From: Gammaproteobacteria bacterium
Lineage (GTDB): Bacteria > Pseudomonadota > Gammaproteobacteria > Eutrophobiales > Eutrophobiaceae
NCBI GenBank assembly: GCA_965222155.1
Contig: CBDCTH010000012.1
Coordinates: 1,568,001 to 1,632,000, forward strand
Reading direction: 5' to 3'
DNA: 64,000 nt
Made by a program: the position numbers and the translations under genes. How positions within the stretch are numbered: the stretch's first letter is position 1; each line of letters begins with the position of its first letter. Positions 1 to 10,007 of this stretch are shown here, piece after piece. The notes beneath the pieces are model-generated. The model worked only from the letters and a program-made list of their open reading frames with translations. It did not search any database and was not told the origin of the DNA.

Positions 1-773
1 GCATTGTCCCAGTCGCTTCCTGTCGGTGCAAACGGACGACCTCTAACGTAATCAATAGTCTTATCATCCACGCCAACCAGTCCTGAGCGGGCACCGGCTT
101 CAATGGCCATATTGCACAGGGTCATGCGCCCTTCCATGGACAAGGCCGTAATACCCTCGCCGGCAAACTCAATAACGTAACCTACCCCACCGGCTGCGCC
201 TATCGTGCTGATGATGTGCAGGATCAGGTCTTTGGCGGTCACCCCCGGCGCCAGCCTGTTCACTACGTTTATGCGCATGTTTTTCGATTTTTTTGCCACC
301 AGGGTCTGGGTAGCCAGCACATGCTCCACCTCGGAAGTGCCGATGCCAATTGCCAATGCGGCCAACGCACCATTGGTGGTGGTGTGGGAATCACCGCAAA
401 CAACAGTCATGCCCGGCAGGCAGGCGCCCTGCTCCGGACCGATGACATGTACTATGCCCTGGCGTTCGTCAAACAGCTCGAAATAGGGTATGCGCCATTC
501 CCTGACATTTCTGTCCAGCGCATCAAGTTGTTTCTTTGAAACCGGATCATTAATGCTGTCCCTGTCTCTTGTGGGCACGTTGTGATCAGGCACTGCAAGA
601 CTGGCTGAACGGCGCCAGGGCTTACGTCCCGCCATCCTGAGCCCTTCAAATGCCTGTGGCGACGTCACCTCATGAACCAACTGCCGGTCAATGTAAAGCA
701 GGCAGGTGCCATTATGGTAGTCCTTTACCACGTGTTCTTCCCACAGTTTGTCGTACAGTGTTTTAGCCGTCAT
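1..773 (-). CDS. leuC: 3-isopropylmalate dehydratase large subunit (5' part; runs off window start)
   Basis: Manual translation of the minus strand from ATG at 773 gives [16 protein letters not shown]..., with [18 protein letters not shown] and [10 protein letters not shown] motifs of LeuC. Confidence 0.95.
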   Translation of the reverse strand, partial: MTAKTLYDKLWEEHVVKDYHNGTCLLYIDRQLVHEVTSPQAFEGLRMAGRKPWRRSASLAVPDHNVPTRDRDSINDPVSKKQLDALDRNVREWRIPYFELFDERQGIVHVIGPEQGACLPGMTVVCGDSHTTTNGALAALAIGIGTSEVEHVLATQTLVAKKSKNMRINVVNRLAPGVTAKDLILHIISTIGAAGGVGYVIEFAGEGITALSMEGRMTLCNMAIEAGARSGLVGVDDKTIDYVRGRPFAPTGSDWDN

Positions 774-863
774 GGTGGTTATTCAAAGCGTAAATTCCGG
801 AATCATGGTTACAGTTTATGGCATTTTTGATTACAATGTGCAACATACTAAAATAGTACATGC

Positions 864-2339
864 GTGTCACTCATGATTCGATATTCCCATTTTACTGGTA
901 TTCTCATTACCCTCGCCCTCGCAGGCAGCCTTGTCGGCGGCGCTGAGGACGACGACTATGAGATCATCGACATTGAACTGATGCAGGAAGATGATGAGGA
1001 ATCAATTGCTGAGGAACCGGGTGAAAAGGAAAATATGGAAACCGCCGGATCTGACGAAAATATCGGTGCAGTGACGGAATCCGGACAAACCGATGCAGCC
1101 GCCGAGACCATAAATGCCGCTTATACTGCCCTGCAAGACCAGGAGTACGACATTGCCTATGACCTTTTTTATTCCCTTGCCTCACAGGATAATGCGCTTG
1201 GCCAATTTGAACTGGGCGCGCTGTACCATCGTGGCGTTGGCGTTGACACGGATGTAATACGAGCATCGCGCTGGTATGCCCGCGCTGCTGAGCAAGGCTA
1301 TGCTGAGGCTCAATATCGCCTTGGCAATATGTACCTGATGGGAGAAGGGGTAAGGCAGAGTGATACTGAAGCAGCGCACTGGTACGAAAAAGCGGTACAA
1401 CAAGGTCACGAGGATGCAAGAAACAACCTCTCCAGTCTCCAGCGTATCAGCGCGGCAAAAACCAGCGAGGTATTGGAGCGGGAAGCGGCCTCTCTTCCTC
1501 CGCTCAAGGTCGTAGACAGAACTGCCGCCAGGGAAAAGACAAAAAAGCGCGGTTTTTTCAAACGCATATTCGGCAAGGATGATAAAACCGGGCCACAGCC
1601 CGACAGCCCCGCACAGGAGCCGATAACACAGGAAGATAATTCCGCTGTGCAGGTCCGGGCTGACCGCAGCAGGACCGATATCGCTTCGGTCGAAACCGAT
1701 GATGCGTCCGATTCATCCACCACCAAAACCAAAAAAAAGGGATTTTTTTCCCGTCTGCTGGGTAAGAATAAAAAGGGAGACGAGACAACCACCGGGGATA
1801 TGAAGACAGCCGCAGCAGGCGACGCTAAACCAGACCCGGCAACACGGAACGATGCGGCTGCGGCGCAGCGCCCTGCCCCTCTGGCCGGCTCGGGCGCCGT
1901 GTCCAATTATGAACTGGGCATGGCCTACACCCTGAGTGATATCCTTGAACAGGATAGTATAAAAGCCTTTGAGCATTTTACCAGGTCAGCGCAACAGGGG
2001 TATGCGCCGGCCCAGTATCGTCTGGGCGTGGCTTATGCCAACGGTGACGGGACCGAAAAAGATCTGGCTAACGCCGTTGAATGGTACGATAAATCAGCCC
2101 GGCAGGGTTATATCATTGCCCAGCGCAGCCTGGCAATCATATATCTGAACGGTCAGGAAAATATTGTACAAGACAAACCCCTGGCCCTGGCCTGGTACAA
2201 CCTGCTGGCGGAGGACGGCAACCGTATGGATATCCATAGACGGGATACCTTACTGCAGGAGTTGTCGGACGCAGAAATCCGCACGTCAAAAGAAATAAAG
2301 TCTGAGATACTGAACCACTTGACCGCGGAAACGGAATAG
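864..2339 (+). CDS. Secreted Sel1-like repeat protein
   Basis: Signal-peptide-like N-terminus, acidic stretch, two blocks of SLR repeats (AQYRLGxxYxxGxGV...AxxWYxKA). Confidence 0.85.
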   Translation: MSLMIRYSHFTGILITLALAGSLVGGAEDDDYEIIDIELMQEDDEESIAEEPGEKENMETAGSDENIGAVTESGQTDAAAETINAAYTALQDQEYDIAYDLFYSLASQDNALGQFELGALYHRGVGVDTDVIRASRWYARAAEQGYAEAQYRLGNMYLMGEGVRQSDTEAAHWYEKAVQQGHEDARNNLSSLQRISAAKTSEVLEREAASLPPLKVVDRTAAREKTKKRGFFKRIFGKDDKTGPQPDSPAQEPITQEDNSAVQVRADRSRTDIASVETDDASDSSTTKTKKKGFFSRLLGKNKKGDETTTGDMKTAAAGDAKPDPATRNDAAAAQRPAPLAGSGAVSNYELGMAYTLSDILEQDSIKAFEHFTRSAQQGYAPAQYRLGVAYANGDGTEKDLANAVEWYDKSARQGYIIAQRSLAIIYLNGQENIVQDKPLALAWYNLLAEDGNRMDIHRRDTLLQELSDAEIRTSKEIKSEILNHLTAETE

Positions 2340-2379
2340 GAACCTCTGACTTAATCAGGGTTTCGATTAACGTCCTTTA

Positions 2380-3759
2380 TTATTCGATCGATTTAAGCGC
2401 CTCGATGGCTTCGCTGAGTTTCCTGGCCGGGAGTATCTCGATTTGGCCGGTCTTTTTTTTCGGGGCATTGGCGGCGGGAATGACGGCCCTGGTAAACCCG
2501 TGTTTGCTTGCTTCTTTCAATCTTTCCTGGCCTTCCTGTACGGGCCTTATTTCGCCTGTCAGGCCGACTTCACCGAAGATAATCAGGTCATCAGCCAGAG
2601 GACGGTCGCGCAGACTCGACAGAACCGCCATGAGGATAGCCAGGTCCGCGGCGGTCTCAGTGAGCTTGACGCCGCCGACGACGTTGACGAAGACGTCCTG
2701 GTCGTAAGTAACAATACCCGCGTGCCGGTGTAACACTGCCAACAACATGGATAAACGGTTCTGCTCCAGGCCCACGGTTACCCGGCGCGGTTGATTGCCG
2801 TGGGATTGATCTACAAGGGCCTGGACTTCCACCAGCAAGGGTCGACTTCCTTCGCGGGTAACTAGTACGGCAGTACCCGGCGCCGGATCACTATGGGCGC
2901 TAAGGAAGATGGCTGACGGGTTGTTGACCTCGCGCAGACCTTTATCAGTCATGGCGAATACACCAAGTTCGTTGACCGCGCCGTAACGGTTCTTGACGGA
3001 ACGAATCATCCGATAACGGCTGTTACTGTCTCCCTCGAAATACAATACCGTATCGACTACATGCTCCAGCACCCGCGGCCCTGCCAGGGCGCCCTCTTTC
3101 GTCACGTGCCCTACCAGGAAAACCGTCGTTTGGGTCTGTTTGGCAAATCGCACCAGTCTGGCGGCGCACTCGCGCACCTGGGCAACCGAACCGGGGGCGG
3201 ATTGCAGCGCCTCGGAAAATACGGTCTGGATTGAATCAACCACGAGCACCTGCGGCAGGTGCCGACCTGCAACCGCAAAGATATTTTCCAACTGGTTTTC
3301 AGCCAATACATGCAGGCCTGCTGCCGGCAATCCCAACCTGGCTGCGCGCAGGCTGATCTGTTCGATGGATTCTTCCCCGCTGACGTACAGGGTATTGATC
3401 TCTATATTCTCGGACAGCGAAGACAGCACCTGGAGCAGTAGCGTGGATTTGCCTATACCGGGATCGCCGCCCAGCAGAACTACGGAACCGCTGACCAGTC
3501 CCCCGCCAAGGGAACGATCAAATTCTGCCGACCCGGTAGTCATACGCGGCTGTTTCACCAGGTCTACTTCATCCAGCCTGCGAACTATTGCCTGGCTGGA
3601 GAGATGGGATTGAAAGCGCTCGGCGGCCGGAGTTTTTTCTTCAACCGTAACCTCGCTCAGGGTATTCCAGGCACTGCAATCGGCGCATTGTCCGGTCCAC
3701 TTGGGCGTAACGGCGCCGCATTCGTTACACTGGTATCGGGTTTTAACCTTGCCGCTCAT
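2380..3759 (-). CDS. radA: DNA repair protein RadA/Sms
   Basis: C4 zinc finger (CNECG...CADC), GDPGIGKST, KNRYG motif; start placed at MSGKVK. Confidence 0.97.
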   Translation of the reverse strand: MSGKVKTRYQCNECGAVTPKWTGQCADCSAWNTLSEVTVEEKTPAAERFQSHLSSQAIVRRLDEVDLVKQPRMTTGSAEFDRSLGGGLVSGSVVLLGGDPGIGKSTLLLQVLSSLSENIEINTLYVSGEESIEQISLRAARLGLPAAGLHVLAENQLENIFAVAGRHLPQVLVVDSIQTVFSEALQSAPGSVAQVRECAARLVRFAKQTQTTVFLVGHVTKEGALAGPRVLEHVVDTVLYFEGDSNSRYRMIRSVKNRYGAVNELGVFAMTDKGLREVNNPSAIFLSAHSDPAPGTAVLVTREGSRPLLVEVQALVDQSHGNQPRRVTVGLEQNRLSMLLAVLHRHAGIVTYDQDVFVNVVGGVKLTETAADLAILMAVLSSLRDRPLADDLIIFGEVGLTGEIRPVQEGQERLKEASKHGFTRAVIPAANAPKKKTGQIEILPARKLSEAIEALKSIE

Positions 3760-4831
3760 GCTCGATAAATTCCAGGCGTTTGTGCACCCCACAGAGTAAT
3801 TCATAGGGGACCGTATCCGCACAGGCCGCGGTTTCTTCAATGGGAAGTCCCTTGCCCCACAACACTACAGGGTCCCCGGTACGGGCTTCAGCGCAGCCAC
3901 GCAAGTCAATAGTAATCATATCCATGGACGGTTTACCTATTAACGCGCACGGCTTTCCGTTGACCAGTATCGGTGTGCCGGTTCTCGCGTGGCGCGGGTA
4001 ACCATCCCCGTAGCCTGCGGCAACCACCCCTACCGGCATGTCTTGCGGGCAGCGCCAGCTTGCCCCGTAGCCGACAGGGTCGCCGCGTTTCAGATATTTT
4101 ACGGAAATAAGCGCAGATTCAAGTGTCATCACGGGTTTAAGGTCAAATGCAGTCCCGATTTGTCCGTCTATCGGTGATACCCCGTATAGCATCAGACCGG
4201 GCCTGACCCAGTCCAGACAGTATTTCTGTCCCGCGATAACCGCGGCTGAATTAGCCAGGGACTTTTCCGCCTGGTAGGGTCTTGTCAGCTTTAAAAAAAC
4301 CTCAGCCTGCTGCGTAGTCATGGCGTTGTCCCGCTCATTCGCACAGGCCAGCTGGGTAATAAAGCGGATATCACCGGCCACGCCCTCGATTTGGCGCAAC
4401 TTTTTCCAGACCTTGTCAACCTCTGACGGAGCAAAGCCCAGGCGGTGCATGCCGCTGTCTACCTTTAACCAGACGTTGACGGGAGAATTGATGGTCGCAG
4501 AATCCAGCAAGTCGACCTGAAACCGGTGGTGAATGACCATATCCAGGCGGAGATGCTGGATATCATCCATTTCTTCAATGTTGTAAGGTCCTTCAAGCAA
4601 AAGAATTTGTTTATCGATCCCTGCTTGCCGCAACTGCCGGGCCTCTTCCAGGCAGGCAACACCAAAGCTGTCGGCATTCGCCAGCGTACGGGCTACCCGA
4701 CTGATGCCGTGGCCATAGGCATCCGCCTTGACGATAGCCATGATTTTGCTGTTCGGGGCGTAATGTCCGACCCTTGACAAATTATGGCGTAGTGCATCAA
4801 GGTCAATGATTACTTTGGCAGGTCGGGTCAT
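3743..4831 (-). CDS. alr: Alanine racemase
   Basis: VKADAYGHG PLP-lysine motif, VRPGLMLYG, VGYG. Confidence 0.96.
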   Translation of the reverse strand: MTRPAKVIIDLDALRHNLSRVGHYAPNSKIMAIVKADAYGHGISRVARTLANADSFGVACLEEARQLRQAGIDKQILLLEGPYNIEEMDDIQHLRLDMVIHHRFQVDLLDSATINSPVNVWLKVDSGMHRLGFAPSEVDKVWKKLRQIEGVAGDIRFITQLACANERDNAMTTQQAEVFLKLTRPYQAEKSLANSAAVIAGQKYCLDWVRPGLMLYGVSPIDGQIGTAFDLKPVMTLESALISVKYLKRGDPVGYGASWRCPQDMPVGVVAAGYGDGYPRHARTGTPILVNGKPCALIGKPSMDMITIDLRGCAEARTGDPVVLWGKGLPIEETAACADTVPYELLCGVHKRLEFIEHERQG

Positions 4832-6222
4832 TCATCTCTGCCCGGCATATATGAGCGCTCGTCAGTGTAATTTTCAAACCGGGTATATTGTCCGAGGAAT
4901 GTCAGTTTCACGGTGCCGATGGGACCGTTACGCTGTTTGCTTAGAATAATCTCTGCAATATTCTTGTCCGCAGTATCGTCGTTGTATACTTCATCCCGGT
5001 AGATAAACACAATGACGTCAGCGTCCTGTTCAATGGCGCCGGATTCACGCAAATCGGACATGACCGGCCGTTTGTTGGGACGCTGTTCGAGGCTGCGGTT
5101 CAACTGGGATAAAGCGACGACGGGGACTTTGAGTTCCTTGGCCATGGCTTTCAGGGAACGGGATATCTCCGATATTTCTGTCGCCCGGTTCTCCGATGTC
5201 CCCGGAATCTGCATCAACTGCAGATAGTCGATAATGACCAGGTCCAGTTTATGTTCCCTGGCAATTCGCCGGCATCTTGACCGCAGTTCTACCGGCGTCA
5301 ACGCCGGCGTATCATCTATAAACAGATTTTTGTCCTTTAATAGCGTCACTGCGGATGTGAGGCGCGGCCAGTCCTGATCGTCCAGCTTCCCGGTACGCAC
5401 CTTATGCTGATCCACCCGGCCCAATGACGACATCATCCGCATTGCCAGTTGTTCTCCCGGCATTTCCATGCTGAAGACAACAACCGACAATTCCTGCTTT
5501 ATGGCGGCATGTTCGGCAATGTTGATGGCAAATGCCGTTTTGCCCATGGAGGGTCTCCCGGCGATGATGACCAGATCGGAATTCTGTAATCCTGCAGTAC
5601 GTTCATCGAAATCGTCAAATCCGGTTGCGATTCCGGTGATAGGGGTTTTTTTGCGATATAGTTCGTCAACCCTGTCCAGGGCGCTGACCAGCAGGTCTTT
5701 GATGTTTTGATAAGCGCGCCTCCCCCGGTTTTCCTGCTCGGCTATTTCAAATACGGCCTGTTCGGCAAAATCGAGAATCTGTTCACTGCTGAACCCCCTG
5801 GGGTTAAAAACGGTTTCATTGATTTTTACGGTGGCGGATATCAGTTGCCTGAGTACCGAACGTTTACGCACGATGTCTGCATAAACGCCGACGTTGCTGG
5901 CGCTGGGCGTATTCTCGGCCAGTGCGGCCAGATAGGACAAACCGCCGACTTCATCGAGTTGCTGGTGGGATTCCAGCCACTCGGCAACCGTTACCAGATC
6001 AAACGGTTTTCCATCATTATCCAGGTCAATGATGGCTTTATAAATTATCCTGTGATCCTGACGGTAAAAGTCCTCCGCCTGCACCCGTTCCACGACCTTA
6101 ATTAGCGCGTCCTTATCCAGGAAAAGTCCGCCAAGTACCGATTGTTCGGCTTCAATGGAATGCGGTGGAATTTTTAACGCCCTCGTTTCCGGATCTGCCG
6201 TGGTATATGCGGGTTCTATCAT
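4828..6222 (-). CDS. dnaB: Replicative DNA helicase
   Basis: PPHSIEAEQSVLG, GRPSMGKT, DLRESGAIEQDAD; no intein. Confidence 0.98.
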   Translation of the reverse strand: MIEPAYTTADPETRALKIPPHSIEAEQSVLGGLFLDKDALIKVVERVQAEDFYRQDHRIIYKAIIDLDNDGKPFDLVTVAEWLESHQQLDEVGGLSYLAALAENTPSASNVGVYADIVRKRSVLRQLISATVKINETVFNPRGFSSEQILDFAEQAVFEIAEQENRGRRAYQNIKDLLVSALDRVDELYRKKTPITGIATGFDDFDERTAGLQNSDLVIIAGRPSMGKTAFAINIAEHAAIKQELSVVVFSMEMPGEQLAMRMMSSLGRVDQHKVRTGKLDDQDWPRLTSAVTLLKDKNLFIDDTPALTPVELRSRCRRIAREHKLDLVIIDYLQLMQIPGTSENRATEISEISRSLKAMAKELKVPVVALSQLNRSLEQRPNKRPVMSDLRESGAIEQDADVIVFIYRDEVYNDDTADKNIAEIILSKQRNGPIGTVKLTFLGQYTRFENYTDERSYMPGRDE

Positions 6223-6289
6223 CGCAGTAAGGAATTATTCCTGTCGCAGCTGGCGCCGGTCGTTTCCGGCACCGGTTCAATATTATTAA

Positions 6290-6464
6290 GGAAACTCTGA
6301 ACAAGTCCATTCCCGTATCAAGTACGGGACAGGCTCTGGACTTGTCAGAGCACGGAAAACAAAAATGCTATTTTTGTTTTCCTCACAAACTCAATGACTT
6401 ATTGTCATTGAGTTTGGCGATACATCCCTGTATCGCAGGAACCTCTGACTTAACCAGAGGTTCC
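6290..6464. mobile_element. MITE family A (IS5-like ends, TTAA target duplication), filled with nested palindromes
   Basis: TTAA|GGAAACTCTGA...CCAGAGGTTCC|TTAA; five to six internal hairpins. Confidence 0.75.
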
Positions 6465-6514
6465 TTAACTGAACCTGGTCCAGATTCAGCGTATTTCGAG
6501 AATATCAGTCGGGT

Positions 6515-6979
6515 TCAGCTTCCGTCCGAGCCTTGTTCTGCAGCAATGATCAGCGTAATGCGGGTATTGACGTCCGCGTGCAAATGCAGTTCTACCTCAT
6601 ATTCCCCCAAAGTCCTGAATGGTCCGTCCGGCAACCTGATTTCATGTTTCGTGACTTCCGAACCGGCTTCAGTAACCGCAGTTACGATATCGTTTACGCC
6701 TACCGAACCAAATAACCTGTCTTCAGAAACAGTCTTTCTATGCAGGGTAATGCTAAGGGCATTGAGCTTCTCTGCCCTGGTTTGTGCCGCGGCCAGAACC
6801 TCTTCCTGTGCTTTTTCCAGTTCGGCCCTTTCCGTTTCAAATTTTTCTACATTTCCGAGCGTAGCCGGTAGCGCCTTGCCGTTGGGGATTAGGAAATTCC
6901 TTCCATATCCCGGTTTGACGTGGACTTGTTGTCCCAATTCACCCAGTTTCGCGATCTTTTCCAGTAATATTACCTGCAT
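6515..6979 (-). CDS. rplI: 50S ribosomal protein L9
   Basis: MQVILLEK...VKPGYGRNFLIP, LFGSV. Confidence 0.98.
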   Translation of the reverse strand: MQVILLEKIAKLGELGQQVHVKPGYGRNFLIPNGKALPATLGNVEKFETERAELEKAQEEVLAAAQTRAEKLNALSITLHRKTVSEDRLFGSVGVNDIVTAVTEAGSEVTKHEIRLPDGPFRTLGEYEVELHLHADVNTRITLIIAAEQGSDGS

Positions 6980-7015
6980 TGGTCTACTCCAAAGTTACAA
7001 TTAATCATAGCATAC

Positions 7016-7924
7016 TCACATATTCTTATCCGTGACCTGCTCCGGTTCTTTTCCCCTGCAGGCATTCACAATCCCGACACAGCTTACAAATAACAGGATG
7101 ACATGAGGTAACAGAAAAAAAGTCCCATACATGCCTATCAGCCAGACCCTGGAAAATGCTCTGGTATGAAAAAACCCGTGTATGACTGACAACCCCTGAT
7201 ACAGGTACAGAATCAGCATCAATATCACCACGTCCCGGGTCAGTATCGATACATTATCAGGCGCAAGCAGTAATACGAACAGACCCGCCAGTGTCGGAAA
7301 TACCAGGACACGCGGCAATCTTAATGAATAAAATTCTTTCCTGAATCCACCGGGATTATACAATACCGACTGCCACCAACGCGCCAGCAGCAAGGTGGTA
7401 ATAAGGCTGACGACAAAACCGGTTGCGATAAATGCGGATAGCAGCGGGCTGATGAACTGGTATACCTGGTCAAGCTGTTGTGCGGTTTGATCAGTTGTCG
7501 CATATTCTTTCCAACTATCGAACCACTCCTGCCACCATCCCTGGATATCTTCGAGCTTAAAATAAATATAGGCAGTAAACAAACTGCCTGTAGCGCCGGC
7601 GCACAGAAGCATCAGGCCCTGAGATTGCGTTCTTCTTAATATCCCTGCACACAGGATCACAGGCAACCAGACAGAAACCATGAAGGCTATCGGTATTCCT
7701 GTCTGCACACTCAACGCTACTGCCATCAATGCAATCAGCAACAAGCTGCCGCAGGCAACCTGCAAGCTGACAAGGGGCCCTCTGCGCAAGGCCACCAGTC
7801 CCATTGGCGCGCCACTGATAAAATAGGACAAGGGTGAGATAAATACCGACAGTATGGTCAACGCACTGATAGTAAAAACCGCATGAATGCGTGTTTTTAA
7901 TAGATAATTACCAAGTGCTATCAT
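7016..7924 (-). CDS. DUF2232/YybS-like membrane protein
   Basis: Multi-TM, LARWWQSVLYNPGGF motif, conserved position between rpsR and rplI; start placed at MIALGNYL. Confidence 0.8.
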   Translation of the reverse strand: MIALGNYLLKTRIHAVFTISALTILSVFISPLSYFISGAPMGLVALRRGPLVSLQVACGSLLLIALMAVALSVQTGIPIAFMVSVWLPVILCAGILRRTQSQGLMLLCAGATGSLFTAYIYFKLEDIQGWWQEWFDSWKEYATTDQTAQQLDQVYQFISPLLSAFIATGFVVSLITTLLLARWWQSVLYNPGGFRKEFYSLRLPRVLVFPTLAGLFVLLLAPDNVSILTRDVVILMLILYLYQGLSVIHGFFHTRAFSRVWLIGMYGTFFLLPHVILLFVSCVGIVNACRGKEPEQVTDKNM

Positions 7925-7982
7925 AACGGGATTACCCAATAAACCAGGGATAAGGAGCGCACCCGGAAGCGATTTACCTGTC

Positions 7983-8145
7983 AACCCGCATTTCTCACCA
8001 GTTGATGCGCCCTCGCTTGTCTTTTGGCTGCCAGCGGGCACGTGCTCCCTCAACCATAGCTACGGCTATGCTCTCGGTCGCAGGCGCCCGCTGGCAGCCA
8101 AAATCCTGCGCTATCATCGCATCAACTGGTGAGAAATACGGGTTA
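7983..8145. mobile_element. MITE family B copy 1 (TA-target type)
   Basis: 27-bp terminal inverted repeats AACCCGCATTTCTCACCAGTTGATGCG / CGCATCAACTGGTGAGAAATACGGGTT; related copies at 41942, 44628 and 59396. Confidence 0.85.
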
Positions 8146-8175
8146 ACCACGTCCTTCCGGCGAACAGGTAAACTG

Positions 8176-8400
8176 CTAATGGGCCTCGCTGTAGGGCAGT
8201 AAAGACAGATATCTCGCGCGCTTGATCGCTGCAGCCAACTGACGCTGATACTTTGCTTTGGTGCCTGATATCCTGCTGGGCACAATTTTACCTGTTTCAG
8301 TAATATATGCTTTTAAGGTATTGATATCTTTATAATCAATTTCTTCAATGCCTTCTGCAGAAAACTTGCAGAAGCGCTTTCTTCTAAAATATCTCGCCAT
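8176..8400 (-). CDS. rpsR: 30S ribosomal protein S18
   Basis: IDYKD...[11 protein letters not shown]...[13 protein letters not shown]. Confidence 0.98.
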   Translation of the reverse strand: MARYFRRKRFCKFSAEGIEEIDYKDINTLKAYITETGKIVPSRISGTKAKYQRQLAAAIKRARYLSLLPYSEAH

Positions 8401-8415
8401 GGGTCTCCTGGGGTG

Positions 8416-8883
8416 TTATATGTTTTCTTCAACTTCCGGCTCCGCCGCAGCCTCGGCTGAAACGGATACCTGCTCAACTTCCTCATCTACGAGGGAATCC
8501 CTGTCTGCTTCCACAGCGGCAAGTGGATTCGTGCTGTCGGTAAATTCCCCCTCTTGTTCCAGCTCTGTGCTTTTCACCAAGGGTGATGGATCTGTGACGG
8601 CCCTCTCCTTCCGGAAAACAAGATCACGAATAACAGCGTCATTGAACCTGAATGCGTGATTCAACTGGTCCAGGGTGGTCTGGTCACACTCAATGTTCAT
8701 TAACACATAGTGAGCCTTGTGGATCTTGTTGATTGGATAAGCCAGTTGCCGGCGTCCCCAGTCTTCCAGTCGATGGATTACACCCTGGTTCGACTCGATG
8801 ATGGAATGGTACCGTTCAATCATGGCAGGAACCTGTTCGCTCTGGTCCGGATGGACCAGAAACACGATTTCATAATGTCTCAT
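8416..8883 (-). CDS. rpsF: 30S ribosomal protein S6 with long acidic tail
   Basis: [18 protein letters not shown]...[12 protein letters not shown]. Confidence 0.98.
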   Translation of the reverse strand: MRHYEIVFLVHPDQSEQVPAMIERYHSIIESNQGVIHRLEDWGRRQLAYPINKIHKAHYVLMNIECDQTTLDQLNHAFRFNDAVIRDLVFRKERAVTDPSPLVKSTELEQEGEFTDSTNPLAAVEADRDSLVDEEVEQVSVSAEAAAEPEVEENI

Positions 8884-8983
8884 TGTTATATCCTCATGGA
8901 TTCAGCCTCCCGTCAATGCGGTGAGGCAAGGATTCTGGAAGGCGCAGTATAGTGTATAGACGTTGAGGTTGCAAATGGATGAT

Positions 8984-9919
8984 TCAACGAAAAGAATAAC
9001 CGAATTCCTGTTTGAATAAATCCGAGAATTCCTGCCCGGTAAACTGGTGATTCTGCGTGCCTGGTACTTCGATCTTGATTTTTCCCATAAGGGAGGCAAT
9101 CCTGCCGGTCGTATCCCAATCCATATCATGCATCAGTCCATATAACAAACCGGCCCGGTAAGCATCTCCGCAACCGGTGGGATCAACCAGGCAAGCGGCC
9201 TTTGCCGCCGGGATGTCAAAGCGTCCGCCACGGGTATGAATAAGTGAGCCGGACGCCCCGCGGGTAACAATCAGCGAATCCACCAGGTCCATGACACTGG
9301 CCATAGTCAATCCTGTCTTGTCTTCAACCAGTTGCCATTCATAATCATTGAAAACCAGCCAGGTCGCATACCCGAAACTGTTCAGCAATTCATCCCTGGA
9401 AAGCACCGTTACGTTCTGGCCGGGGTCAAAGATAAACGGGATATCCGCCTCGGCAAATTGCCGGGCGTGTTGCAACATCCCCTCCTTGCCGTCCGGCGCC
9501 ACTATACCGATACTGATTCCCTGGGCCATGGCTACCTTGTTTTCATGAGAATGAGCCATGGCGCCCACCTGAAATGACGTGATCTGGTTATCATCCAGGT
9601 CCGTGGTGATAAAACACTGAGCGGTATAGGTATCGTCAATAACGCGCAGGTGGCGCAGGTCGATGTCGTTCTTTTCCAGCCATTCCCTGTAGGCGGCAAA
9701 GTCAGTCCCTACCGTACCCATAGACAGACAGTCCGCGCCCAGCAACTTCATATTATAGATAATATTTCCGCCGCAACCGCCGAACTCGCGCTGCATGTCG
9801 GGCACCACGAAGCAAACATTCAGCATGTGTATTTTTTCCGGCAATATGTGTTCTTTAAAACGGCCCGGAAACACCATGATATGGTCATAGGCGAAGGAAC
9901 CGCAGATGAGTACAGTCAT
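8984..9919 (-). CDS. PfkB-family carbohydrate/nucleoside (adenosine-like) kinase
   Basis: GSFAYD, GGCGGN, DPTGCGDAY PfkB signature. Confidence 0.88.
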   Translation of the reverse strand: MTVLICGSFAYDHIMVFPGRFKEHILPEKIHMLNVCFVVPDMQREFGGCGGNIIYNMKLLGADCLSMGTVGTDFAAYREWLEKNDIDLRHLRVIDDTYTAQCFITTDLDDNQITSFQVGAMAHSHENKVAMAQGISIGIVAPDGKEGMLQHARQFAEADIPFIFDPGQNVTVLSRDELLNSFGYATWLVFNDYEWQLVEDKTGLTMASVMDLVDSLIVTRGASGSLIHTRGGRFDIPAAKAACLVDPTGCGDAYRAGLLYGLMHDMDWDTTGRIASLMGKIKIEVPGTQNHQFTGQEFSDLFKQEFGYSFR

Positions 9920-10007
9920 AAGGTTGGGATTTTATGATAACCGGGGTTAATCGAACATGTCTGATTTCAGTATAATAGACCTGCTTTACAACTCTATTAT
10001 ACAACCA

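Noticed and set aside
6342-7004. 220-aa plus-strand ORF, and similar antisense ORFs such as 40981-41775, 18756-19472 and 53447-54205
   Set aside because: Shadow frames of well-supported genes on the other strand
7925-8053. N-terminal extension of DUF2232 in the ORF track
   Set aside because: Derives from the MITE and spacer; the ATG at 7924 fits the family better
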